64,000 nt of DNA. Source: Octopus sinensis. Taxonomy: Eukaryota. This document shows, piece by piece, positions 37,220 to 49,591 of this stretch (positions are counted from its first letter, which is position 1; every line of letters begins with the position of its first letter). The stretch covers positions 106,950,001-107,014,000 of the forward strand of contig NC_042999.1 in NCBI RefSeq assembly GCF_006345805.1, given 5' to 3'. A program made the position numbers and the translations under genes. The notes beneath the pieces are model-generated. The model did not search any database. It was not told the DNA's origin and saw only the letters and a list, made by a program, of their open reading frames with translations.

Positions 37220-40200
37220 ATGGCTAAGCTGGGTTGTATAAATGTACGAGGAATGGGGTCGAAACGGAAACAAATTTGTTTCCTGAACGACCTCACGACA
37301 CATGGTGTAGATATAGCTATTGCAACCGAGTCCAAGATGAGCGAGACCCAAGCGTTCTCGCCTCTTCTAAATAGTTTCGAGAAATTTATTTCTCCTAGCC
37401 GAGGAGGAGGCAGAGGCGTGGCAGTCTTTATCAGGAAGAGCTTGGACTTGCAGGTAAGTACTGTCTTTCTGGACCCAGAAGGCAGGCTGGTTGTCCTGGA
37501 TGTGACTCACGTAAGTAAACAGTCCTTCAGGTTGGTAGCTGTCTACGCCCCGAACGAGGGTAGACAGACGGGTTTTTTTCGGAACCTGGAGCCCTTTTTA
37601 GCGACGTCGAAAACAGTAATCCTAGTAGGGGACTTTAACACTGTCCTTGAAGCGCAGATCGACAGTGTTGGCTCAACCAATAGGAAGGGGAACCCTAGCC
37701 TCAAGGGTCTACTAGAGAGCTTTGATCTAGTGGACCGTTACCGACTGGATGAGCCGAGCGTTCCACAGTGGACGTGGAGTAACAACGACGGCTCACACAG
37801 ATCGTATCTAGATAGGATATTTATTAAGAAAAGAGATAAGGATACGTTTAGTTGTCCACAATTTCATATTGTACCTTACTCGGATCACAAATTTGTGACG
37901 TGTAGGATGCAATTAGACAAGTGTCATAGACAGGGACCCGGGTACTGGAAGCTGAACAAGGCTATTTTGAATTGTGAAGACTTCCGTACCCGGATTAAGG
38001 TGTTAGTTCAGAGGGCATTGTGTGGCACCATCATTAACAATAGATGGTGGCACGCCCTCAAAAGAGCCATTCGTTCAGAGTCCGTTAGATTTAGCAATCA
38101 GCTAAGGATAGATAGGGCTAGTCTAGAGGGCGATTTAGTTAAGAATCTAGACGAGGCAATGGAAGCTGGCTCTGCATCCGGAGTGTTGGCGGCAAGGACG
38201 GTATTGTACCGTCACCTTAACTCCAAACACGAAGGTTGCAGAGTCAGAGCTAAGCTACGCGCTGGGAAACGAGAAGGTATTAACGTGGCCGGATGGGCCC
38301 GTCGTGTGGAGAGTCAGAGAGGCAACAGAGCCTCAATAAAATCTTTAACTGACGAACAGGGACAAAAGATCTATGGACAGGAGGAGATGCAAAAGTTTCT
38401 TCACCAGCATTTCGCCCGCGTGTTCGGGGGTGGTGGTTCGCTGGATCGGGGGAGAGCCTTAAAGGACTTCCTAGCCGGCGGACCGCGGCTCGCGGGGCGT
38501 GAGGTGGAGTGCTGTGAAGGAGCGATCACTCCCGCGGAGATAAAGGAGATACTGGCCGGATGCGACGGGGAGAAGTCGCCGGGGTTGGATGATCTGCCCT
38601 ACGAGTTTTACCAAAGTATGCCGGACTTGTTCGGGGGAATACTGGCGGGCGTCTACACGAACTGGCAGCAGAATGGGAGAATTCCCAGTTCTGTAAGCCG
38701 GGGAGTGGTGACGCTAATCCAGAAAGACCCGAGCAAGGGGGATAACATTAGTAACTACAGGCCCATAACTCTACTTAATGTAGAGTTAAAGATTTTGGCC
38801 AAGGTGTTGGCAAAAAGGTTGACGGTTGTCGTGGAGAAACTTGTAGGGAGAGCACAGACATGTGCAATTCCAGGCAGGTCGATCCAGGACAACCTTCACC
38901 TTATACGCTACACCTTAGATAGGGTGGGTAAATTAGCCGGCAAAGGCGGGGTAATGGTCCATTTAGACCAAAGTAAAGCCTTCGATAGGGTAGACCATGG
39001 GTACCTGGCGACGGTCCTCGAAGCGGCTGGGCTGGGCCCTGAATTTCGCGAGTGGATCTCCGCTATGTATAGCGGCATCAAGTCCACCGTCCAGATAAAC
39101 GGTTACCTAACGGAACCGTTTTCGATCGAGTGTTCAGTGCGTCAGGGGTGCCCCTTGTCACCACTTTTGTACGTATTGGCTCTTGAGCCATTGTTGCGAA
39201 AGTTGGAGAGGCTGGGGAGTAACTCGGATGAAATCGGAGGTGGGAGGACGGTTACTGCTTATGCGGATGACGTCACCCTCATCGTGTCCAAAGAGGCCCA
39301 ACTACCTTGTGTAGAGGAGGCTATCAGAGGATACGAGGCGGTGGCAGGAGCAAAGGTTAACAAGGACAAATCGGTTGGCTTGCGCCTCGGCACCTGGAGG
39401 AGCAAGTCGATATCGTCCAGTGTCGTGGGACACTGGACGGATGGCCCTGTTAAGTTGCTGGGAGTTTGGTTTGGGCCAGACTCCCAAACGGAGAAGAACT
39501 GGAGTGAGGTGACAAGCAAGGTGGAAGCCATAGTACGGACCTGGTCCGCAAGGTTTCTGTCCTTGAAAGGAAAGGCGGAGGTGGTGCAGATGTTCATTGC
39601 ATCTGTAATCACCTACCGCCTGACCGTTGTCCCTTGCCCCGATTCATGGCTTAACAAGTTGGAGCGAATCCTTTTCCGCTTTTTGTGGAAAGGAGGAAGG
39701 CCACTTGTGAGGCGCTCCGTTTGCTGCCAGGAACCGTTAAAGGGTGGGTTAGGAATGCCTTGGTTGATGATGCGCAGACATGCGTTGAGGCTAAGGCATC
39801 TCTGGCACCACCTGGAAGGTGATAAGGTGTGGAGTCCGCTGGCAGGGAGATTTTTCCCGAGACCGGCCTCCTTAGTGAATTTTAAACCCGGTTACATCAA
39901 AAGATGGAAACTGACTCCATGGCAAAAGGAGTGCCGACAGGCACTCACGCTGATCCACAAGGCGGGCAAGGCCGGCTGCGGAAATACCACCTCGGTATTT
40001 TATAGAGGGCTGGTAGAGGCAAAAAACGACGACGTCCTAGGCGGGGCTCTGGGGTTCGACGAAGACCAGCTTACCAACCTGTTTAAAAAAACTTTCAGGT
40101 CGGGGTATTTGGATAATTTCCAAAGATCCCTGGCCTGGCAGTGCTACAGGAATGCTTTACCTGTTCGCGAGAAGTTATCGCGGCACGGAGTTTCAGTGCC

Positions 40201-40608
40201 ACCGACGTGTCCAAGGTGCGAGTTGGACGATGAAACCGTCCAGCACGCTTTTGTTCACTGTCGGAAGTTGTCCGACTTGATAAGTTACGCAGAACACGTG
40301 TTATCGCATCTGGGACGAGTACAGCTGTCGGCTGAGTCTATGATTAGATGATACCGCCAACTGGACTCTCGAAGGAAGGTAAGGCATGTTTTCACTGCAC
40401 GGTTGCAGTAGTAAAAGAATGCATGTGGAGAACAAGAATGGAAGGAGCCGCGATAGGATCCTTTGTCTCCGGCCCCGGCTTGCTCACTTACTTCAGATAT
40501 CATCTGAAGAGCAAAATGGGGCTGGAAAAGAGGATCTTACCACGGGGTGTGTATGAGAAAAGATGGAAGGAAGTGGAAAAAAAGGTGGGTGTCAGAAGTC
40601 CAGCTTGA
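37220..40608 (+). CDS. Tx1/L1 ORF2 (APE endonuclease, RT, CCHC finger); 1043 aa open, C-terminal ~86 aa frameshifted at ~40348
   Basis: LGCINVRG, AVYAPN, LVGDFN, SYLDRIF, SDHKFV; DQSKAFDRVDH, VRQGCPLSPLL, AYADDV; CPRC-x8-H-x4-C; continuation IPPTGL...RW in ORF 40348..40608. Confidence 0.92.
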
Positions 40609-40856
40609 CCATGGAGGAAGGAGAGGAAATAAAAGCTGCGGGGCCTCATAAATTGCCGGGGTGTAAAAACTCCAGTGAGATTATAAGTTCATGTACTGTT
40701 GTTTGTTCTACTGGTCATGTAAAGGACATTTATGTTATAATGAATAATCCAAATGTAAATGAAAATTTTTAAACGAATCTCTTAAATGTTTTTTGTATAT
40801 ATGTCCTGTATTTGTCCTTCTGTGTAATCGATTTTTATAATCATAATAAAGAAATA

Positions 40857-43800
40857 CCCACTCGCTTCAAAATATCTAAAGAATACGCACAGATCATGAA
40901 TGGCTAAAAGTTAAGTGAATCGTCCAACCTCGCTACGACTACCTTCTTTCTTGCACTTATCCTTATTCTTTCTCTATTCTTCAATTTCCATCTCATTGTA
41001 TTGTCCCTCATTCTTTCAGTATTCCCTCATTACCCTGTCTAGCTCAAACATTTTTTTTTTTTTTTTTTTTCGTTTAGACTTGTCTCCAGATTCATAGCCA
41101 CTCTGATTTTTCAATTTTTCAATATTTCGTTTAGTATTGTCTCCCGATTCATACAAACCCATTTGCTAGCTCACGATCAACAGAACCTCTTTACTCAGCT
41201 ACGGTGTTATATTAGCTATCAATAATGATATTCCCTCTGATTTTTCTGATTTTCAAACCTATTTATCTAATGTTTATTTATCGACAATGCCGTCCCCAGT
41301 CAAATTCCCTCACACCGCTTATTGTCACGTGTCCCTTGACCTCTCTCTCTAACTAACCCTCGCATTTATCGTTAACCCCACTCGCTTCAAAATATCTAAA
41401 GAATACGCACAGATCATGAATGGCTAAAAGTTAAGTGAATCGTCCAACCTCGCTACGACTACCTTCTTTCTTGCACTTATCCTTATTCTTTCTCTATTCT
41501 TCAATTTCCATCTCATTGTATTGTCCCTCATTCTTTCAGTATTCCCTCATTACCCTGTCTAGCTCAAACATTTTTTTTTTCGTTTAGACTTGTCTCCAGG
41601 TTCATAGCCACTCTGATTTTTCAATTTTTCGTTTAGTATTGTCTCCCGATTCATACAAACCCATTTGCTAGCTCACGATTAACAGAACCTCTTTACTCAG
41701 CTACGGAGTTATATTAGCTATCAATAATGATATTCCCTCTGATTTTTCTGATTTTCAAACCTATTTATCTAATGTTTATTTATCGACAATGCCGTCCCCA
41801 GTCAAATTCCCTCACACTGCTTATTGTCACGTGTCCCTTGACCTCTCTCTCTAAATAACCCTCGCATTTATCGTTAACCCCACTCGCTTCAAAATATCTA
41901 AAGAATACGCACAGATCATGAATGGCTAAAAGTTAAGTGAATCGTCCAACCTCGCTACGACTACCTTCTTTCTTGCACTTATCCTTATTCTTTCTCTATT
42001 CTTCAATTTCCATACAAACCCATTTGCTAGCTCACGATCAACAGAACCTCTTTACTCAGCTACGGTGTTATATTAGCTATCAATAATGATATTCCCTCTG
42101 ATTTTTCTGATTTTCAAACCTATTTATCTAATGTTTATTTATCGACAATGCCGTCCCCAGTCAAATTCCCTCACACCGCTTATTGTCACGTGTCCCTTGA
42201 CCTCTCTCTCTAACTAACCCTCGCATTTATCGTTAACCCCACTCGCTTCAAAATATCTAAAGAATACGCACAGATCATGAATGGCTAAAAGTTAAGTGAA
42301 TCGTCCAACCTCGCTACGACTACCTTCTTTCTTGCACTTATCCTTATTCTTTCTCTATTCTTCAATTTCCATCTCATTGTATTGTCACTCATTCTTTCAG
42401 TATTCCCTCATTACCTGTCTAGCTCAAACATTTTTTTTTTCGTTTAGACTTGTCTCCAGGTTCATAGCCACTCTGATTTTTCAATTTTTCGTTTAGTATT
42501 GTCTCCCGATTCATACAAACCCATTTGCTAGCTCACGATCAACAGAACCTCTTTACTCAGCTACGGTGTTATATTAGCTATCAATAATGATATTCCCTCT
42601 GATTTTCTGATTTTCAAACCTATTTATCTAATGTTTATTTATCGACAATGCCGTCCCCAGTCAAATTCCCTCACACCGCTTATTGTCACGTGTCCCTTGA
42701 CCTCTCTCTCTAACTAACCCTCGCATTTATCGTTAACCCCACTCGCTTCAAAATATCTAAAGAATACGCACAGATCATGAATGGCTAAAAGTTAAGTGAA
42801 TCGTCCAACCTCGCTACGACTACCTTCTTTCTTGCACTTATCCTTATTCTTTCTCTATTCTTCAATTTCCATCTCATTGTATTGTCACTCATTCTTTCAG
42901 TATTCCCTCATTACCCTGTCTAGCTCAAACATTTTTTTTTTCGTTTAGACTTATCTCCAGGTTCATAGCCACTCTGATTTTTCAATTTTTCGTTTAGTAT
43001 TGTCTCCCGATTCATACAAACCCATTTGCTAGCTCACGATCAACAGAACCTCTTTACTCAGCTACGGTGTTATATTAGCTATCAATAATGATATTCCCTC
43101 TGATTTTTCTGATTTTCAAACCTATTTATCTAATGTTTATTTATCGACAATGCCGTCCCCAGTCAAATTCCCTCACACCGCTTATTGTCACGTGTCCCTT
43201 GACCTCTCTCTCTAACTAACCCTCGCATTTATCGTTAACCCCACTCGCTTCAAAATATCTAAAGAATACGCACAGATCATGAATGGCTAAAAGTTAAGTG
43301 AATCGTCCAACCTCGCTACGACTACCTTCTTTCTTGCACTTATCCTTATTCTTTCTCTATTCTTCAATTTCCATCTCATTGTATTGTCCCTCATTCTTTC
43401 AGTATTCCCTCTACCCTCATTACCCTGTCTAGCTCAAACATTTTTTTTTTCGTTTAGACTTGTCTCCAGGTTCATAGCCACTCTGATTTTTCAATTTTTC
43501 GTTTAGTATTGTCTCCCGATTCATACAAACCCATTTGCTAGCTCACGATCAACAGAACCTCTTTACTCAGCTACGGTGTTATATTAGCTATCAATAATGA
43601 TATTCCCTCTGATTTTTCTGATTTTCAAACCTATTTATCTAATGTTTATTTATCGACAATGCCGTCCCCAGTCAAATTCCCTCACACCGCTTATTGTCAC
43701 GTGTCCCTTGACCTCTCTCTCTAACTAACCCTCGCATTTATCGTTAACCCCACTCGCTTCAAAATATCTAAAGAATACGCACAGATCATGAATGGCTAAA

Positions 43801-46800
43801 AGTTAAGTGAATCGTCCAACCTCGCTACGACTACCTTCTTTCTTGCACTTATCCTTATTCTTTCTCTATTCTTCAATTTCCATCTCATTGTATTGTCCCT
43901 CATTCTTTCAGTATTCCTCATTACCCTGTCTAGCTCAAACATTTTTTTTTTCGTTGAGACTTGTCTCCAGGTTCATAGCCACTCTGATTTTTCAATTTTT
44001 CGTTTAGTATTGTCTCCCGATTCATACAAACCCATTTGCTAGCTCACGATCAACAGAACCTCTTTACTCAGCTACGGTGTTATATTAGCTATCAATAATG
44101 ATATTCCCTCTGATTTTTCTGATTTTCAAACCTATTTATCTAATGTTTATTTATCGACAATGCCGTCCCCAGTCAAATTCCCTTACACCGCTTATTGTCA
44201 CGTGTCCCTGACCTCTCTCTCTAACTAACCCTCGCATTTATCGTTAACCCCACTCGCTTCAAAATATCTAAAGAATACGCACAGATCATGAATGGCTAAA
44301 AGTTAAGTGAATCGTCCAACCTCGCTACGACTACCTTCTTTCTTGCACTTATCCTTATTCTTTCTCTATTCTTCAATTTCCATCTCATTGTATTGTCACT
44401 CATTCTTTCAGTATTCCCTCATTACCCTGTCATGCTCAAACATTTTTTTTTTCGTTTAGACTTGTCTCCAGGTTCATAGCCACTCTGATTTTTCAATTTT
44501 TCGTTTAGTATTGTCTCCCGATTCATACAACCCATTTGCTAGCTAGCTCACGATCAACAGAACCTCTTTACTCAGCTACGGTGTTATATTAGCTATCAAT
44601 AATGATATTCCCTCTGATTTTTCTGATTTTCAAACCTATTTATCTAATGTTTATTTATCGACAATGCCGTCCCCAGTCAAATTCCCTCACACCGCTTATT
44701 GTCACGTGTCCCTTGACCTCTCTCTCTAACTAACCCTCGCATTTATCGTTACCCCACTCGCTTCAAAATATCTAAAGAATACGCACAGATCATGAATGGC
44801 TAAAAGTTAAGTGAATCGTCCAACCTCGCTACGACTACCTTCTTTCTTGCACTTATCCTTATTCTTTCTCTATTCTTCAATTTCCATCTCATTGTATTGT
44901 CACTCATTCTTTCAGTATTCCCTCATTACCCTGTCTAGCTCAAACATTTTTTTTTTCGTTTAGACTTGTCTCCAGGTTCATAGCCACTCTGATTTTTCAA
45001 TTTTTCGTTTAGTATTGTCTCCCGATTCATACAACCCATTTGCTAGCTCACGATCACAGAACCTCTTTACTCAGCTACGGTGTTATATTAGCTATCAATA
45101 ATGATATTCCCTCTGATTTTTCTGATTTTCAAACCTATTTATCTAATGTTTATTTATCGACAATGCCGTCCCCAGTCAAATTCCCTCACACCGCTTATTG
45201 TCACGTGTCCCTTGACCTCTCTCTCTAACTAACCCTCGCATTTATCGTTAACCCCACTCGCTTCAAAATATCTAAAGAATACGCACAGATCATGAATGGC
45301 TAAAAGTTAAGTGAATCGTCCACCTCGCTACGACTACCTTCTTTCTTGCACTTATCCTTATTCTTTCTCTATTCTTCAATTTCCATCTCATTGTATTGTC
45401 ACTCTCATTCTTTCAGTATTCCCTCATTACCCTGTCTAGCTCAAACATTTTTTTTTTTTCGTTTAGACTTATCTCCAGGTTCATAGCCACTCTGATTTTT
45501 CAATTTTTCGTTTAGTATTGTCTCCCGATTCATACAAACCCATTTGCTAGCTCACGATCAACAGAACCTCTTTACTCAGCTACGGTGTTATATTAGCTAT
45601 CAATAATGATATTCCTCTGATTTTTCTGATTTTCAAACCTATTTATCTAATGTTTATTTATCGACAATGCCGTCCCCAGTCAAATTCCTCACACACCGCT
45701 TATTGTCACGTGTCCCTTGACCTCTCTCTCTAACTAACCCTCGCATTTATCGTTAACCCCACTCGCTTCAAAATATCTAAAGAATACGCACAGATCATGA
45801 ATGGCTAAAAGTTAAGTGAATCGTCCAACCTCGCTACGACTACTTCTTTCTTGCACTTATCCTTATTCTTTCTCTATTCTTCAATTTCCATCTCATTGTA
45901 TTGTCCCTCAGTCTTTCAGTATTCCCTCATTACCCGTCTAGCTCAAACATTTTTTTTTTCGTTTAGACTTGTCTCCAGGTTCATAGCCACTCTGATTTTT
46001 CAATTTTTCGTTTAGTATTGTCTCCCGATTCATACAAACCCATTTGCTAGCTCACGATCAACAGAACCTCTTTACTCAGCTACGGAGTTATATTAGCTAT
46101 CAATAATGATATTCCCTCTGATTTTTCTGATTTTCAAACCTATTTATCTAATGTTTATTTATCGACAATGCCGTCCCCAGTCAAATTCCCTCACACCGCT
46201 TATTGTCACGTGTCCCTTGACCTCTCTCTCTAACTAACCCTCGCATTTATCGTTAACCCCACTCGCTTCAAAATATCTAAAGAATACGCACAGATCATGA
46301 ATGGCTAAAAGTTAAGTGAATCGTCCAACCTCGCTACGACTACCTTCTTTCTTGCACTTATCCTTATTCTTTCTCTATTCTTCAATTTCCATCTCATTGT
46401 ATTGTCCCTCATTCTTTCAGTATTCCCTCATTACCCTGTCTAGCTCAAACTTTTTTTTTCGTTTAGACTTGTCTCCAGGTTCATAGCCACTCTGATTTTT
46501 CAATTTTTCGTTTAGTATTGTCTCCCGATTCATACAAACCCATTTGCTAGCTCACGATCAACAGAACCTCTTTACTCAGCTACGGTGTTATATTAGCTAT
46601 CAATAATGATATTCCCTCTGATTTTTCTGATTTTCAAACCTATTTATCTAAGGTTATTTATCGACAATGCCGTCCCCAGTCAAATTCCCTCACACCGCTT
46701 ATTGTCACGTGTCCCTTGACCTCTCTCTCTAACTAACCCTCGCATTTATCGTTAACCCCACTCGCTTCAAAATATCTAAAGAATACGCACAGATCATGAA

Positions 46801-49591
46801 TGGCTAAAAGTTAAGTGAATCGTCCAACCTCGCTACGACTACCTTCTTTCTTGCACTTATCCTTATTCTTTCTCTATTCTTCAATTTCCATCTCATTGTA
46901 TTGTCCCTCATTCTTTCAGTATTCCCTCATACCCTGTCTAGCTCAAACATTTTTTTTTCGTTTAGACTTGTCTCCAGGTTCATAGCCACTCTGATTTTTC
47001 AATTTTTCGTTTAGTATTGTCTCCCGATTCATACAAACCCATTTGCTAGCTCACGATCAACAGAACCTCTTTACTCAGCTACGGTGTTATATTAGCTATC
47101 AATAATGATATTCCCTCTGATTTTTCTGATTTTCAACCTATTTATCTAATGTTTATTTATCGACAATGCCGTCCCCAGTCAAATTCCCTTACACCGCTTA
47201 TTGTCACGTGTCCCTTGACCTCTCTCTCTAACTAACCCTCGCATTTATCGTTAACCCCACTCGCTTCAAAATATCTAAAGAATACGCACAGATCATGAAT
47301 GGCTAAAAGTTAAGTGAATCGTCCAACCTCGCTACGACTACCTTCTTTCTTGCACTTATCCTTATTCTTTCTCTATTCTTCAATTTCCATCTCATTGTAT
47401 TGTCCCTCATTCTTTCAGTATTCCCTCATTACCCTGTCTAGCTCAAACATTTTTTTTTCGTTTAGACTTGTCTCCAGGTTCATAGCCACTCTGATTTTTC
47501 AATTTTTCGTTTAGTATTGTCTCCCGATTCATACAAACCCATTTGCTAGCTCACGATCAACAGAACCTCTTTACTCAGCTACGGAGTTATATTAGCTATC
47601 AATAATGATATTCCCTCTGATTTTTCTGATTTTCAAACCTATTTATCTAATGTTTATTTATCGACAATGCCGTCCCCAGTCAAATCCCTCACACCGCTTA
47701 TTGTCACGTGTCCCTTGACCTCTCTCTCTAACTAACCCTCGCATTTATCGTTAACCCCACTCGCTTCAAAATATCTAAAGAATACGCACAGATCATGAAT
47801 GGCTAAAAGTTAAGTGAATCGTCCAACCTCGCTACGACTACCTTCTTTCTTGCACTTATCCTTATTCTTTCTCTATTCTTCAATTTCCATCTCATTGTAT
47901 TGTCCTCATTCTTTCAGTATTCCCTCATTACCCTGTCTAGCTCAAACATTTTTTTTTTCGTTTAGACTTGTCTCCAGGTTCATAGCCACTCTGATTTTTC
48001 AATTTTTCGTTTAGTATTGTCTCCCGATTCATACAAACCCATTTGCTAGCTCACGATCAACAGAACCTCTTTACTCAGCTACGGTGTTATATTAGCTATC
48101 AATAATGATATTCCCTCTGATTTTTCTGATTTTCAAACCTATTTATCTAATGTTTATTTATCGACAATGCCGTCCCCAGTCAAATTCCCTCACACCGCTT
48201 ATTGTCACGTGTCCCTTGACCTCTCTCTCTAACTAACCCTCGCATTATCGTTAACCCCACTCGCTTCAAAATATCTAAAGAATACGCACAGATCATGAAT
48301 GGCTAAAAGTTAAGTGAATCGTCAACCTCGCTACGACTACCTTCTTTCTTGCACTTATCCTTATTCTTTCTCTATTCTTCAATTTCCATCTCATTGTATT
48401 GTCCCTCATTCTTTCAGTATTCCCTCATTACCCTGTCTAGCTCAAACATTTTTTTTTTCGTTTAGACTTGTCTCCAGGTTCATAGCCACTCTGATTTTTC
48501 AATTTTCGTTTAGTATTGTCTCCCGATTCATACAAACCCATTTGCTAGCTCACGATCAACAGAACCTCTTACTCAGCTACGGTGTTATATTAGCTATCAA
48601 TAATGATATTCCCTCTGATTTTTCTGATTTTCAAACCTATTTATCTAATGTTTATTTATCGACAATGCCGTCCCCAGTCAAATTCCCTCACACCGCTTAT
48701 TGTCACGTGTCCCTTGACCTCTCTCTCTAACTAACCCTCGCATTTATCGTTAACCCCACTCGCTTCAAAATATCTAAAGAATACGCACAGATCATGAATG
48801 GCTAAAAGTTAAGTGAATCGTCCAACCTCCTACGCTACGATACCTTCTTTCTTGCACTTATCCTTATTCTTTCTCTATTCTTCAATTTCCATCTCATTGT
48901 ATTGTCCCTCATTCTTTCAGTATTCCCTCATTACCCTGTCTAGCTCAAACATTTTTTTTTCGTTTAGACTTGTCTCCAGGTTCATAGCCACTCTGATTTT
49001 TCAATTTTTCGTTTAGTATTGTCTCCCGATTCATACAAACCCATTTGCTAGCTCACGATCAACAGAACCTCTTTACTCAGCTACGGTGTTATATTAGCTA
49101 TCAATAATGATATTCCCTCTGATTTTTCTGATTTTCAAACCTATTTATCTAATGTTTATTTATCGACAATGCCGTCCCCAGTCAAATTCCCTTACACCGC
49201 TTATTGTCACGTGTCCCTTGACCTCTCTCTCTAACTAACCCTCGCATTTATCGTTAACCCCACTCGCTTCAAAATATCTAAAGAATACGCACAGATCATG
49301 AATGGCTAAAAGTTAAGTGAATCGTCCAACCTCGCTACGACTACCTTCTTTCTTGCACTTATCCTTATTCTTTCTCTATTCTTCAATTTCCATCTCATTG
49401 TATTGTCACTCATTCTTTCAGTATTCCCTCATTACCCTGTCATGCTCAAACATTTTTTTTTTTCGTTTAGACTTGTCTCCAGGTTCATAGCCACTCTGAT
49501 TTTTCAATGTTTCGTTTAGTATTGTCTCCCGATTCATACAAACCCATTTGCTAGCTCACGATCAACAGAACCTCTTTACTCAGCTACGGTG
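40857..49591. repeat. Tandem satellite array: ~500-bp unit, 17 units (one internally deleted) plus a partial 18th
   Basis: cccactcgcttc starts at ~40857, 41377, 41879, 42238, 42738, 43240, 43749, 44249, 44753, 45253, 45758, 46258, 46757, 47256, 47756, 48256, 48755 and 49259. Unit 3 lacks ~140 bp. Confidence 0.98.

Larger units (their letters stand above)
36800..40856 (+). mobile_element. Tx1/L1-clade LINE, nearly intact; 5' boundary uncertain
   Basis: Short ORF1-like frame, ORF2 with APE-RT-CCHC, AT-rich 3' UTR with AATAAA at ~40845-40850. Confidence 0.9.

Noticed and set aside
40915-49016. Recurrent short ORFs MNRPTSLRL... in the satellite
   Set aside because: They start at GTG/TTG, are low-complexity S/F/L-rich and are broken differently by indels in each unit; by-products of the repeat.
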